In this document: positions 40,951 through 51,548 of the stretch, in pieces
Layout of the letters: each line of letters starts with the position of its first letter
How positions within the stretch are numbered: the stretch's first letter is position 1
NCBI GenBank assembly: GCA_046590575.1
Contig: JBKJUS010000214.1
Location: 1,921-65,920 of the forward strand
Direction: 5' to 3'
Length of the DNA stretch: 64,000 bases
Source: Mycobacteriales bacterium
GTDB taxonomy: Bacteria > Actinomycetota > Actinomycetes > BP-191
Position numbers and translations under genes: made by a program
The notes under the pieces: model-generated
What the model saw: only the letters and a program-made list of their open reading frames with translations
Databases searched by the model: none
Told to the model about the DNA's origin: nothing

Positions 40951-42824
40951 CCGGTGCGGCGAACGCGACGCCGACGAGCCAGCACTGCGATGGCCCCGAC
41001 GCCCATCGCCCACCAGGCCAGTGCACCAGCGCCTGTGGCCGGCAGCGGCGCGGGTCGCTGAGCCGGAGCGGGAGCCGCAGACGAAGCCGGCCGCGGGCCC
41101 GGCCGGGCAGGAGCCGGGCCGGCAGCTCGGCCACCCACCGCCGCATGCCCGGCACTGACCGGCAGCACTAGCGTCGACGTGCCGACGCCGTCGGCGAGGT
41201 GCACCGTCGTCGTGGCGCGGGTCGTGTCGGGCAGTGACCACACCGCGTTGCTCGACGACACCAGCAACCCGATCCGACTGCCGGCTGCCACGACGTAGTC
41301 GGTGTCCCACAAGTCGACCAGAGGCGACCACGGTGAACCTGGCGGCAGATCAGTAGAGGACTGCAGCCCGTCACGGTTGCGGGAGTTGAGGAACCCGCGA
41401 GTGATGATCGCCGGCCCGGTCTCCGGGTTGTCCTCGAAGAGCACGGGGGTCAGGTGCGTCGATGCGGCGTCAGTGGTCGCGTCGAGGTCGAGCTGCGGCG
41501 GTCCCGAGATGCGCACGGCGCGCTCGAGCGGCGCGCTGAGGAATGTGAGATACGCGTCACCGCCGTCACCCGCGAACATGTCTTCTTCGGTGAGGGCCTT
41601 GTTGGAGTCGGTGAAGGTCGCGTCGGCACTTGTCAGGCCGAGTACTCCCGCAGCGGCCGACTCCTGCGCGGCCAGCGGGAGCCTCACCGCAGAGGTGCCG
41701 ACCGGCGGCCAGGTCGACTCCTGCACGCGCTCGCCCGCACCCCCGGGCTCCGTGTCCACCGCCGGGAGGTCCATGACGCCGGTGTTGAGGCCGAGGAGCC
41801 AGAAGTCGAACCAGGCGTGCCGGATGTCACGCGCATCGTCGAACCGTGACGCGCTGTGGTTCCACTGGCCCATCACCAGCTTCTTGGGGTGGTTGGCGGG
41901 TAGTGCTTGGAAGAAACGGGTGGAGTCCCAGTGCTTGACGTTGTGGTCCAGCCAACCGCCCTCGATGAGGACACTCGACGTCACCTTGTGGGCCAGCGCA
42001 CGGTAGTCACGCTCGACCCAGAAGTCGTCGTAGACCGGGTCCGGGTCATATCCGTGCTCGGTGTGCGAGATCTGGTCGCACGGGGTGATCCGGTCAGCCA
42101 GCGCCGCGGCGAATGCGCCGGGATCGGAGGGATCGGCGGGGGGCAGCAGGCCGAACCCGAAGTCGAAGGCGAGCGGCGTGTCGAAGCCCTCGTCGGTGGT
42201 GTTCTCCGAGTTGAGGAAATAGCGGACGCCCTGGCCGTAGGCATAGTCGTACCACCGGTCGATGGCTACCTGCGGGATGATCGTGGTGAGGTGAGGCGGT
42301 GCCTCCACGGCGGCAGCGATCTGCGTCGTGCCGTCGTAGGACCCGCCGATCATGCCGACCTTGCCGTTGCTCCACGGCTGGGTGCCGAGGAACTCGATGA
42401 GATCGAAGCCGGTCTCCCGCTCGCGGATGCCGCCGTAGTCGTAGCAGCCGCTCGACTCCCGAGTGCCGACGACGTCGAAGACGGCGCGCGCGTAGCCGCG
42501 CGGGACATAGAACGAATCGTGGACGTCGCAACCGGCATTGCTGGGGCAGCCCAATGAGTTGTACGGCGAGTAGGTGAGGATGACGGGCACCTTCACGCCC
42601 TCTGGCACTACAGGACGGTCCACGAAGCCGAAGAGAGTGCCGTGCCGAGTGGGCACGCGAAACGGCTGCTGCACATGCTCGGTGTAGATGGGCTCGCTGC
42701 GCCCGGTGGCGGTGCGCAACCCGCTTGCTTGCTGCGCCTCTGCGGCTGGACCAACAACCATGCCGGCGGCCAGACCAAGTGAGGCGACGACTGCGAGAAG
42801 GCGCCGGATCCCGGGAATCCTCAC
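40947..42824 (-). CDS. second S15 Xaa-Pro dipeptidyl-peptidase paralog, LPATG-anchored
   Basis: Identity to the 38402..40276 protein is about 60% by eye. It has GGSYDG and a C-terminal LPATGAG, TM, RRRVRR. The GTG start at 42824 overlaps the pyrG stop (GTGA) and is followed by a signal peptide ([30 protein letters not shown]). Confidence 0.85.
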   Translation of the reverse strand: MRIPGIRRLLAVVASLGLAAGMVVGPAAEAQQASGLRTATGRSEPIYTEHVQQPFRVPTRHGTLFGFVDRPVVPEGVKVPVILTYSPYNSLGCPSNAGCDVHDSFYVPRGYARAVFDVVGTRESSGCYDYGGIRERETGFDLIEFLGTQPWSNGKVGMIGGSYDGTTQIAAAVEAPPHLTTIIPQVAIDRWYDYAYGQGVRYFLNSENTTDEGFDTPLAFDFGFGLLPPADPSDPGAFAAALADRITPCDQISHTEHGYDPDPVYDDFWVERDYRALAHKVTSSVLIEGGWLDHNVKHWDSTRFFQALPANHPKKLVMGQWNHSASRFDDARDIRHAWFDFWLLGLNTGVMDLPAVDTEPGGAGERVQESTWPPVGTSAVRLPLAAQESAAAGVLGLTSADATFTDSNKALTEEDMFAGDGGDAYLTFLSAPLERAVRISGPPQLDLDATTDAASTHLTPVLFEDNPETGPAIITRGFLNSRNRDGLQSSTDLPPGSPWSPLVDLWDTDYVVAAGSRIGLLVSSSNAVWSLPDTTRATTTVHLADGVGTSTLVLPVSAGHAAVGGRAAGPAPARPGPRPASSAAPAPAQRPAPLPATGAGALAWWAMGVGAIAVLARRRRVRRTG

Positions 42825-44506
42825 AGCCGGATCACCGCCGGATCGCTGCTGACGCTCTCCGGTACATCGATCGGCAGCCGACCGGACCGGTCCTCGGCCC
42901 AGCCGACCGCAGCCGCCACAAAAGCCACGAAGAGTGGATGAGCACGCGTCGGTCGGGAGCGGAACTCCGGGTGGAACTGCGCGCCGACGAAGAACCGGTG
43001 CACGTCCCGCGGCAGCTCGACGATCTCCACGAGACGTCCATCTGGGGAGGTGCCAGAAAAGACGAGGCCCGCGTCCTCCAGCTGCCGGCGGTAGACGTTG
43101 TTGACCTCGTAGCGGTGCCGATGCCGCTCGTCGACATACGCCTCGCCGTACGCGTGTGCAGCTTGCGTGCCGGAGAGGAGCTTGCACGGGTAGAGGCCCA
43201 AGCGCATGGTGCCACCCATGTCGCGCTCTCCGGCGACCACATCGCGCTGGTCAGCCATCGTCGCGATCACTGGATGCGGCGTGGCCTCGTCGAATTCCGC
43301 GGAGTTCGCCCCCGCGAGACCACCCAGGTGCCGCGCGACTTCAATCGTCATGCACTGCAGGCCGAGGCAGATACCCAGCACGGGAACACCGTGCTCACGG
43401 GCCCAGCGGACGGCGTCGATCTTGCCCTCAATGCCCCGTACGCCGAAGCCCCCCGGGACGAGAACGCCGTCGACGTCGCCTAGCACAGCGTTGACGTGTT
43501 CGGTGGTGCAGTCGTCGGAGGTGACCCAGACGATCTCGACCTTCGCGTCGTTGGCGAAGCCCCCGGCGCGAAGCGCCTCGCTGACAGACAGGTAAGCATC
43601 CGGCAGGTCGACGTACTTGCCCACGATCGCGATGCGCACTGAGCGCTTCGGGTGATGTACCCGCTGGAGCAGAGCGTCCCACTGCGTCCAGTCGCATTCG
43701 CGGGCCGGCAGCGCCAACCGGCGTACGACGTAGTCGTCTAGACCTTCCGCCGCGATCACCTTGGGAATGTCGTAGATCGACGGCGCATCGACGGCGGAGA
43801 TGACCGCCTCTACGTCGACGTCGCACATGAGGCTGATCTTGCGCTTGAGGTTGCTGTTGATCGGTCGGTCACTGCGACACACGATCGCATCAGGCTGGAT
43901 GCCGATAGAGCGCAGTGCGGCAACTGAATGCTGGGTGGGCTTGGTCTTGAGCTCTCCCGACGGGCCGAGGTAGGGAATCAGGGATACGTGCAGGTAGAAG
44001 ACGTTGTCGCGACCGACGTCGTGCCGGATCTGGCGGATCGCCTCGAGAAATGGCAGCGACTCAATGTCCCCGACGGTGCCACCGACTTCGGTGATGACCA
44101 GATCGACGTCGTCGCCGGACAGCCGACGGATGCGCGCCTTGATCTCGTTGGTGATGTGCGGGATCACCTGCACGGTGTCACCCAGATACTCGCCGCGGCG
44201 CTCCTTGGCGATGACCTGGCTGTACACCTGCCCAGTCGTCACATTCGCGCTGCCGTGCAGCTCGGTGTCTAGGAACCGCTCGTAGTGCCCGATGTCGAGG
44301 TCGCACTCCGCGCCATCGTCGGTGACGAAGACCTCACCGTGCTGGAACGGGTTCATCGTGCCGGGGTCGACATTGAGGTAGGGGTCGAGCTTCTGCATCG
44401 TCACCCGGATGCCTCGCGAGGTGAGGACACGTCCGAGACTCGCGGCGGTGAGACCTTTACCGAGGCTGGAGGCGACGCCTCCGGTGACGAAGAGGTGCTT
44501 GGTCAC
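42821..44506 (-). CDS. pyrG: CTP synthase
   Basis: The N-terminus [18 protein letters not shown] is characteristic, and the glutamine amidotransferase C-terminus carries GICLGLQ. Confidence 0.95.
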   Translation of the reverse strand: MTKHLFVTGGVASSLGKGLTAASLGRVLTSRGIRVTMQKLDPYLNVDPGTMNPFQHGEVFVTDDGAECDLDIGHYERFLDTELHGSANVTTGQVYSQVIAKERRGEYLGDTVQVIPHITNEIKARIRRLSGDDVDLVITEVGGTVGDIESLPFLEAIRQIRHDVGRDNVFYLHVSLIPYLGPSGELKTKPTQHSVAALRSIGIQPDAIVCRSDRPINSNLKRKISLMCDVDVEAVISAVDAPSIYDIPKVIAAEGLDDYVVRRLALPARECDWTQWDALLQRVHHPKRSVRIAIVGKYVDLPDAYLSVSEALRAGGFANDAKVEIVWVTSDDCTTEHVNAVLGDVDGVLVPGGFGVRGIEGKIDAVRWAREHGVPVLGICLGLQCMTIEVARHLGGLAGANSAEFDEATPHPVIATMADQRDVVAGERDMGGTMRLGLYPCKLLSGTQAAHAYGEAYVDERHRHRYEVNNVYRRQLEDAGLVFSGTSPDGRLVEIVELPRDVHRFFVGAQFHPEFRSRPTRAHPLFVAFVAAAVGWAEDRSGRLPIDVPESVSSDPAVIRL

Positions 44507-44697
44507 TGCGGCGGCTCCCGTGGTCTGTTGTCACATCGGCGAAGGTCGATGGGTGCGCCTCGGGGAAGGTGCCCGTAGGTCCACGGGAGTCAAGGATACC
44601 GTAGTGAGGGCCGCGGCCCGGACCGCGACGCGCCGGAGCCCGCCGCCCCACGGGGTCGACGGGCTTCGGGGTCGACGGGCTTCGGGGTGCAGCCAGA

Positions 44698-44973
44698 TCA
44701 GATGCGCGAGCGCTTACCCGCAGTCGCGTTGTAGACCAGCAGAGCGATGACGGCACCAATGACTGAGCCGATGAGGCCTGCCGGCGCCAGGAGGTTCTCG
44801 TCGGCGTCCTTGCCGAAAAGGAGAGCGCCGAGGAAGCCGCCGACGAACGAGCCGACGATGCCGAGCAGAATCGTCGCGCCGATGCTCATCGAGTCATCTC
44901 CGGGAACCAGTGCCCGGGCGATGAAGCCGGCAATGAGACCAATGACGATCAAGGCGATGATGAAGCCGAACAC
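44698..44973 (-). CDS. GlsB/YeaQ/YmgE family (transglycosylase-associated) small membrane protein
   Basis: The 91-aa protein has three Gly-rich TM helices. Confidence 0.75.
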   Translation of the reverse strand: MFGFIIALIVIGLIAGFIARALVPGDDSMSIGATILLGIVGSFVGGFLGALLFGKDADENLLAPAGLIGSVIGAVIALLVYNATAGKRSRI

Positions 44974-45083
44974 GGTGTCCTCCTACGGACTCGCACGGGA
45001 GCTTGCTTTGCGAGGGATACCCAGGCAACTGGCGGCTGAACACGGAAAGCCGCGGTGTCCTGGATCTTCACCCTCGAGCGTCA

Positions 45084-45911
45084 CTACTCACGCCGGGAGC
45101 GGTCGCCCAGCTCCCAGACGGCCTGCTCCGCCGTCGCCGCCATCAACTCGGCCCTCGCTGCGACCCGGCACGCCTCCTTCAGAGCCTGTCGAGCTGCTCT
45201 GGCAGCCCGGTCCGCGCTCGCCGAGATCTCCCGAACGCGCTCGACCTCCGCGTGCGCCGCAGCGACCGCGGTACGCGCGCTCATCAGCTCCTGCTGCCGG
45301 GCCTCCAGGAGTACGGCGGAACGGCCATCGGGAAGGCTGATCGAGGTACGGGCAGCGGGGCGGGAGGGGTCGACGACTGAACGACCTGACCTGGCCGGGG
45401 CCTTCGTGACCACGACGGCCGCGTCGACGTCAGCGAAGGCGAACCCAGCAGCCTGCGCGGCAGCCGCCAGCTGGCCAGCGCTCCATCGGCCGGCGAGCTC
45501 TTCGTCAGCGAGCGCTGCCTCGACGGTACGGGTCATCTCGTCGATGTGCGACGTCGAGACGGTGCGACCGCGGTTCTGCCCGATTTCCGTGGCCACCTGC
45601 ACGGTCCGGCGCACAACGTCACGGCGCTCCACCGTGAGCGCACGAAGGCCACCGCCGCCCCGGCCGGCGACCGCGTCCGACTGAGTGCTGCGCAGCCGCG
45701 CCGCCAGGTCGACGACCTCGCTGACGAGGGCGGGACGTTGAAGCGCGGTCAGGTTGAGCAGCCAGGCGGCCACCGTAGGTCGGCGCAACCTCGTGACCGC
45801 AGCGGCACCGACCAGGTCGCCGTCAGCCTTCCTCTGACGCGCTAACGCGTCTCGCGCGTTCGTAAAGGTATCCGGGTCCAAGACGTAGAGGCCCGCCTCG
45901 GCGTCGTTCAT
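45084..45911 (-). CDS. hypothetical protein (about 275 aa, C-terminal coiled-coil), last gene of the steAB-glycan operon
   Basis: The ATG at 45911 overlaps the upstream stop (ATGA). The longest ORF extends N-terminally in Arg-rich junk. Confidence 0.5.
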   Translation of the reverse strand: MNDAEAGLYVLDPDTFTNARDALARQRKADGDLVGAAAVTRLRRPTVAAWLLNLTALQRPALVSEVVDLAARLRSTQSDAVAGRGGGGLRALTVERRDVVRRTVQVATEIGQNRGRTVSTSHIDEMTRTVEAALADEELAGRWSAGQLAAAAQAAGFAFADVDAAVVVTKAPARSGRSVVDPSRPAARTSISLPDGRSAVLLEARQQELMSARTAVAAAHAEVERVREISASADRAARAARQALKEACRVAARAELMAATAEQAVWELGDRSRRE

Positions 45912-47956
45912 GGAACCAGCCGCTCGGCTGCTTCGATCTCCGCGGTGCGGACCGACACCGTGAGCGCGATGGGGACCGCCAGGGTCAGCGCCAGAGCGGG
46001 AACAGCGACTCCGGAGTCGTTGGCCGCGAACCCGACGCCGGCCATGACGAGGACGGAGACCAGCCCGGCGCGAAGTGCTGGGGTCCGGACGAGAGCCCGA
46101 CGCAGTCCCCCCCAAGGCTTCAGCAGCACGAACGCAAGAAACGCGGTGGCGATCGGCACGACCAGGGTCAGCACGCTGTGGGTGAGAAGCCGCACGTTGG
46201 CCTGTGCTTTGCGGCGAACGATCGTGGTCGCGCCGCCGTCCCGGATCTGCGCCACGAAGCGCCCAAGGTGAGAACGCGCGTCGGGTGGCCGGCTGTAGTC
46301 GAACAGTGCGAAGGCCGCGACGAGTGCGACGGCGCCGGCTCCGATGACGATCGCCGTTCGCCACGACACCCGCCGCCCGGTCAGCTGCAGGCCGAGCACC
46401 GCGAAACCAGGTACCAGTGCGATGACACCACCAAAGTCGCTTCCCCAGGACGGGTTTCCATCAACCATCACGGCGCCGAGCCCGATCGCCGCCACGACGA
46501 GCAGCGTCGTGCGGCGGCTGCGCCCGTCGCACAGCGCCGCAGTCGCCAGGAGGGCACTCGTGGCGAAGACGGCGAAGGCGACATTGCCGACTCCAGCGAA
46601 TCGGCCGGCGACTATGGGCGAGTACCCCGCGAGACTCGACAGCTGTAGGCGTGCACCAGTGATGAGGTCGGCGGCAATGACCAGCGCGGTGATCCCGGCG
46701 ACGGCTCCGGGGGGCCCGAGGATCCGACCCCGCCACGGTCCCCAGGACGCGACAAGGGTGATCGCGGCGACAACGACCCCGACGACCCCGAGCAGATAGC
46801 CCAGGCCATGACGCCACCACGGCACCAGATTCGCGAGGTAGGTCGCCGCCGGTACGGCGGCAAACGCCAGCGAGGCTTGCCGGGTTACTGAGCGGATGGC
46901 GTAGCGAGCCTCAGCGGCACGACGGCGAAGTGCCCACCAGGCATAGCCGTACAACAGCACTTGAGCGAGCACTAGCAAGAAGAAGAAGGGTGGAACGTAA
47001 CGCCGCTGGGCTGAGGCAGCGCGGTCGTCGTCGACGAGACGACCGAGGTCGGCCGAAGCACGGCCGCCGACGCGCTGGAAACGCTGTCCCACCATCGCGG
47101 ACGGAACGCCGACCGCGAGATGGTCGAGCACCGTCGGTGCTGCGTCGATGAGCTGCACGAAACCGGAGCGCCGGGTCGATGCTGACCTCAGGCGGCCTCC
47201 GCCGAAGTCGCCCCCTACGGCGATGGCCACCTGCAGTCTCGGGTCCTCCAACCGGCCGTGGCTCACGCCGAGGACGAGAAGCAGGTCCCCTGGCCGCTGG
47301 GAAGTGACGGCCGAAGCCACAAGACCATCTACGGACTCGAGATGGACCAGGGACTCGTAGACGTCCAGGGACTCGACGAGCACGACGTCTGCGCTGCTCC
47401 TGAGAGCGTCGACGGCTGTTGACGCGACCACGTCGACCAGACCGCCGTAGTCGGCAGCGCCGAGCAGGGCGCCTCGCCCAAAAGCCGCCGTTCGTAGACC
47501 AGCATCGTGGAGCGCAGCGCCGAGCGCGCCGAGCTCCGTGTCGAAGGAAAGTCGGTCGTTGTTGGTTTGGATGAGGCCGACCGCCGGGTCCCGGCTCGAC
47601 CCGTCGGGAAGCAGCAGCGGCTCGGGGAAGGTCTCTTGGCCCTCTGGCGGTAGGTCGACCTTTTCGCCTTTAGCGCTGGTCCGGGCCCGTGCGCGGTTTC
47701 CCGCAGACAGCGTGACCCAGCCGTCGTACCGTCGAGTGACCGCCGACGCAGCCCGCACGGACAGCGAAGCGACGGACCCGCGCGAGGCCAGGTCGGCAAG
47801 CGTAGGCATGCGCCCAGTCGTGACGTGTTCCCACGCTAGCCCTGGCACGCCGACGACGATGACGCGGGGCCGGGAAGTCTGGGCGTTCGCCACGACAGGA
47901 GAGCAGCCGATGACGAACGCCATCAGCGCCACTGCCGTCGCTGTCAGCCGTCGCAC
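45908..47956 (-). CDS. large polytopic membrane protein with an N-terminal signal/lipobox (VIGC) and a ~300-aa extracytoplasmic domain
   Basis: The GTG at 47956 lies 10 nt after the GT4 stop. A signal peptide is followed by about 10 predicted TM helices. I recognise no family for it. Confidence 0.6.
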   Translation of the reverse strand: MRRLTATAVALMAFVIGCSPVVANAQTSRPRVIVVGVPGLAWEHVTTGRMPTLADLASRGSVASLSVRAASAVTRRYDGWVTLSAGNRARARTSAKGEKVDLPPEGQETFPEPLLLPDGSSRDPAVGLIQTNNDRLSFDTELGALGAALHDAGLRTAAFGRGALLGAADYGGLVDVVASTAVDALRSSADVVLVESLDVYESLVHLESVDGLVASAVTSQRPGDLLLVLGVSHGRLEDPRLQVAIAVGGDFGGGRLRSASTRRSGFVQLIDAAPTVLDHLAVGVPSAMVGQRFQRVGGRASADLGRLVDDDRAASAQRRYVPPFFFLLVLAQVLLYGYAWWALRRRAAEARYAIRSVTRQASLAFAAVPAATYLANLVPWWRHGLGYLLGVVGVVVAAITLVASWGPWRGRILGPPGAVAGITALVIAADLITGARLQLSSLAGYSPIVAGRFAGVGNVAFAVFATSALLATAALCDGRSRRTTLLVVAAIGLGAVMVDGNPSWGSDFGGVIALVPGFAVLGLQLTGRRVSWRTAIVIGAGAVALVAAFALFDYSRPPDARSHLGRFVAQIRDGGATTIVRRKAQANVRLLTHSVLTLVVPIATAFLAFVLLKPWGGLRRALVRTPALRAGLVSVLVMAGVGFAANDSGVAVPALALTLAVPIALTVSVRTAEIEAAERLVP

Positions 47957-47966
47957 TGTCGATGCC

Positions 47967-49082
47967 TCACTGTCGAGAGCCGAGCATCGACGCGACAACT
48001 GCCGTTGCTGCGTGAGCGGCGGCCGCACTGTCGGGCCAGTTGGCCCCACGTCGCTGGCCCGCGAGAGCAAGCGACATGCGTCGGTCCGGATGGTCAAGCA
48101 GGTCGTCGATGGCGCCCGCGAGGGAACCAGGATCGTCACTCGCTACGAGAAGGGCGGCGCCGTCACCGAGGAGCTCCGGTAGCCCGCCAACGGATGTCGC
48201 GACAAGTGGCCGACCGGCTAGCAACGTCTCGTGTGCAGCCAACGGACTGCCCTCCCATCGGCTGGGCATGACGACGAGGTCAGCAGCGGCGAGCAAGTCA
48301 CCGGTGTCATCCCGCCAGCCCAGCAGGCGGACCGGCGCATCCAGCTCGTCGATGAGCACCGTCAGCGGGACACGGGACGGTCCGTCTCCAGCGACAACCA
48401 GCACTGGCGGCGGGGTGCGCGCACGGAGCAGCGATGCCGCGCGGACGAGTACGTCGAAGCCCTTCTGGGGGTCGAGCCGCCCAATGGCGAGCACCAGCGC
48501 GGTGCCTTCCGGCGCCTGGAGCTCCCGACGAATGTCGACGACCGATCGGGATGTCCTAGTTGGCTGGCTGGAGCCGACTGGGGACAGCCGGACGTCGCGG
48601 CCGCCCAACGCTTGAGCTCGAGCCACCAGATCGCCGCTCACGCACAACGTGACGTCTGCGCGTCGGGCTGTTCGCCGCTCGAGGACCGCATAAAGACGGC
48701 GCAGCGCTCCCTTCGCGAGTACCGCGTTATGCCACGTGACGACGAGAGGTACACCTCGCCGGGTGGCGAATCCGGCCAATAGACCGGCCCGCAGCCCATG
48801 CGCGTGCACCACCTCACGGTCCTGCATCGCATGCCGCAACGACCAGCCAGCCCGCAGGTCCGCGAGCGGCCGGGGACCCGCAGCGATCTCCACTGACCTG
48901 AAGTCGCAGCCGACTGCGCTGAAGTCGAATGCTCGCTCAGTGGCATCCGGACCGGCGACGACGACCGCTGCGCCCTGGGCGATCGCCGAAGCTGCCTCCG
49001 CGCGAAGGTGACGGCCTACGCCACCAGCACTCGTGCCGAGGACCAGTCCGAGTCGGCGTCCCTCCAGCGGGACCTCAGCCAT
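47967..49082 (-). CDS. glycosyltransferase family 4
   Basis: The GT-B/GT4 C-terminal motif EGSPLAAHETLLAGRPLV is present. It overlaps the MurJ-like gene by 8 nt. Confidence 0.8.
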   Translation of the reverse strand: MAEVPLEGRRLGLVLGTSAGGVGRHLRAEAASAIAQGAAVVVAGPDATERAFDFSAVGCDFRSVEIAAGPRPLADLRAGWSLRHAMQDREVVHAHGLRAGLLAGFATRRGVPLVVTWHNAVLAKGALRRLYAVLERRTARRADVTLCVSGDLVARAQALGGRDVRLSPVGSSQPTRTSRSVVDIRRELQAPEGTALVLAIGRLDPQKGFDVLVRAASLLRARTPPPVLVVAGDGPSRVPLTVLIDELDAPVRLLGWRDDTGDLLAAADLVVMPSRWEGSPLAAHETLLAGRPLVATSVGGLPELLGDGAALLVASDDPGSLAGAIDDLLDHPDRRMSLALAGQRRGANWPDSAAAAHAATAVVASMLGSRQ

Positions 49083-50688
49083 GACTCACCCGCCTTGAAA
49101 GTGCAGTTCTGAAACTCTTAAGCTCCGGTGACCGCGCGGCTGTGAGGACGCCGACGTAGACGAGCGACGCCGCGACTGACGACAGGGCGCACACGGTCAA
49201 CAGCGCGGGGCGGGACGCGTGGGATCCGAACTGATCGGCGACGACTTCGCCGACGACAGCGGCAACTGCGGCCGCTGGCATCGCCACCGCAGCCGCGCGA
49301 GCCGCGCCGGCTAGTGAAGCGACGCCTGTGTCGCGCCACACGGCAGCGACGAGCAGCAGGGCGGCAACCGCCATGCCGAGTGAGTGGGCGAAGCCGATGA
49401 CCGCGACCGGGTCAGCCGGCAACACGGCTGCGCCGAGGACGCACGCAGCGCCGGTCACCACAAAACCCGTCACGGTAGCCATGCCAGCGGCCGCGGCGCG
49501 CCCACGCGCGAAGAGGGCGCGGGTCAGCAGCGCCAGCAGCCCGTAGGGAAGGAGCCCGATGACAAAGAGCTTGATGCCATCCCCCACGGACTCGCGTCCG
49601 ACGACTCCGCCCACGCCTTCCGGCATGAATGGGAGTAGCCGCGCCAGCGGGCGGTGGACGGCCCAGAGGACCGCACTGGCCCCGGCGCAGACCACCACCA
49701 TGGCCCGAACCGCAGCCGCCAGCGTCGACGAGTAGACGGGGACCCGCTCCTCCTCGGCGTTGGACGCCAACGTCGGAAAGGCACTCGTGGCGAGGGGGAC
49801 GGCAAGCACTCCCCAGGGTAGAAGGAAGACGGCGTACGAGAGCTGGTAGGCGATCACTGCGCCGGGCTGTGCGTTGGCGACGACGGTTGCGATGAGAAGT
49901 GCGCCCTGTTGGGCGACTACACCTGCCGCGCCAGCCACAGCCAGCCGCCGGACGCGGGTGCCGACGCCGTCCGGCAGTCGCCAGGTCGGCCGAAGACGTA
50001 GACGAAGTCGCGACGTCGGCACCAACAACGACAGGGAGAGCACGACGACACCGAGCGTCGTGCCGATGGAGAGCACCAGCTCATCCCGATGGCTGACCTC
50101 GCCGGGCAGATCTGAGCCGGACCCTTGCGCGTAGAGGACGTAGGCGCCAATGACGACAAGGCTCGACAGCAGCGGCGCCACGGCGGGACCGAGGAACTTG
50201 CGGTGAGACTGCAGCAGTCCAACGAGGACGATGCCGACGCCGTAGAGGACAACTTGCGGCATGAAGACGACCAGCATCCGAGCGCCGAGGTCGACCTGAG
50301 CCTCCCGTAGCGCCGGGTCGTCGACACCGGAGGAGAGCACGCTCATCAGTGGTCGCGCCAACACCACGCCGGCGATACTTGCCGGCACCAAGATCACGAC
50401 GACCCGGGTGAGCAGACTCGAGGCCGTGCGCTCGGCCATCACTGAGTCGCCCCGCTCAAGCGGACCGGCCAGCACGGGGATGACGAGGCTGGCCAGCGCG
50501 CCGCCCGCAACGACTTCGAAAATCACGTTAGGCAGCAGGTTGGCCGAAGCATAGGTATTGCCGAGAAACCCACTGTCTCCCACCGTGGCCGCCAGCACCA
50601 CCATCCGCACTAGACCGACGACGCGAGCCGCCACGGTGACCAGAGCGACGGACACGGCGACCCTCGCGATCGACGTGCTGTGTGTCAC
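49075..50688 (-). CDS. MurJ/MviN-family lipid-linked oligosaccharide flippase
   Basis: The N-terminus ARVVGLVRMVVLAATVGDS matches MurJ. There are 14 predicted TM helices. The GTG start has a GTGA overlap with the upstream gene. Confidence 0.8.
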   Translation of the reverse strand: MTHSTSIARVAVSVALVTVAARVVGLVRMVVLAATVGDSGFLGNTYASANLLPNVIFEVVAGGALASLVIPVLAGPLERGDSVMAERTASSLLTRVVVILVPASIAGVVLARPLMSVLSSGVDDPALREAQVDLGARMLVVFMPQVVLYGVGIVLVGLLQSHRKFLGPAVAPLLSSLVVIGAYVLYAQGSGSDLPGEVSHRDELVLSIGTTLGVVVLSLSLLVPTSRLRLRLRPTWRLPDGVGTRVRRLAVAGAAGVVAQQGALLIATVVANAQPGAVIAYQLSYAVFLLPWGVLAVPLATSAFPTLASNAEEERVPVYSSTLAAAVRAMVVVCAGASAVLWAVHRPLARLLPFMPEGVGGVVGRESVGDGIKLFVIGLLPYGLLALLTRALFARGRAAAAGMATVTGFVVTGAACVLGAAVLPADPVAVIGFAHSLGMAVAALLLVAAVWRDTGVASLAGAARAAAVAMPAAAVAAVVGEVVADQFGSHASRPALLTVCALSSVAASLVYVGVLTAARSPELKSFRTALSRRVSHG

Positions 50689-51548
50689 GGCCGCCGCCCG
50701 AGGTGGTCCACCCAACGCAACGGTGGGCTGCGCTCGATCAACGCCGAAAAGCTCAGCACCTCGCTGAGCGCAGTGATGCCCACCAGAGCAGTGAGCGCGA
50801 CCGCCGAGGTCGCGAGTCCACCCGCTGCCGCAACCCCGACACCGACGGCCGCGCCCAACGCGTTAGCGCCGCCATCCCCAAGCATCGACACCTCCCGGAG
50901 GTCAGGGACCAGAAGAGCCAAAGCTGCCCCGGCCGGCCAGGCTACAACGAGCCCCACAGCCGGCCCGACAGTGAAGGTCAGTGGCACTGCGACAAGGAGC
51001 AGCACCTTGAGCGCTCGGCCGGGCCGGAGGTCGAGCAGGTTCGCGAGGTTCGCGCCGCCAGCGATGACTCCAGCATCAACAAGCTGCTGGGGACCCGCTT
51101 CCCCGCCGCTCAGGGCCACGGCCGCGACTACCGCCGCTGCACAGATCACGGCGACCTTCACGATCCCGGACGTCACCTGGCCCCGGGTCAGTGCCACGAG
51201 GTGGCCACGAAAACCCTTGGCGCCCGGATCGCCGTAGAGGTCGTCATAGAGACCCACCGCACCTGCCGCGGACGTGGCGATCAACATCGCGAGAGCGCTG
51301 CGGCGTATTCCGACCGTCAACGAGTCGTCGATCCATCGGCTTGCCGCACCGAGCTTCTCCAACGACCCGACGACGAGGACGAGGACAGCCGTGAGGCCGC
51401 CAGCCAGCCCGACCGCCGAGCCGCGGAAGTTCATCCGGGTCCACCTCGCCCGCCCGCGAGTAGCACGCCGGCAGGCCAGCCAGCCGCCAGCCGTCACGAG
51501 AGTCCCGGCCACGAGCACCAGCAGCCGCCAGCCGGGCGCACCCGTCAC
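50685..51548 (-). CDS. MraY/WecA-family (GT4 PNPT) polyprenyl-phosphate sugar-1-phosphate transferase, short form
   Basis: It has a DDLYGD motif, the NLANLLD loop and an MLGDGGANALGA motif, in the family order. It has an ATGA overlap with steB. Confidence 0.7.
   Translation of the reverse strand: MTGAPGWRLLVLVAGTLVTAGGWLACRRATRGRARWTRMNFRGSAVGLAGGLTAVLVLVVGSLEKLGAASRWIDDSLTVGIRRSALAMLIATSAAGAVGLYDDLYGDPGAKGFRGHLVALTRGQVTSGIVKVAVICAAAVVAAVALSGGEAGPQQLVDAGVIAGGANLANLLDLRPGRALKVLLLVAVPLTFTVGPAVGLVVAWPAGAALALLVPDLREVSMLGDGGANALGAAVGVGVAAAGGLATSAVALTALVGITALSEVLSFSALIERSPPLRWVDHLGRRP

Noticed and set aside
40947-43187. 746-aa version of the second S15 peptidase, and the 321-aa version of the NUDIX protein (40366..41331)
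   Set aside because: The N-terminal extensions are Arg/Gly-rich junk overlapping pyrG and the peptidase respectively. Signal-peptide- and overlap-supported internal starts were chosen instead.
38402-43187. The two S15 peptidases as a possible toxin or defence island
   Set aside because: They are ordinary secreted exopeptidase paralogs. No immunity, toxin, or nuclease partners are present.
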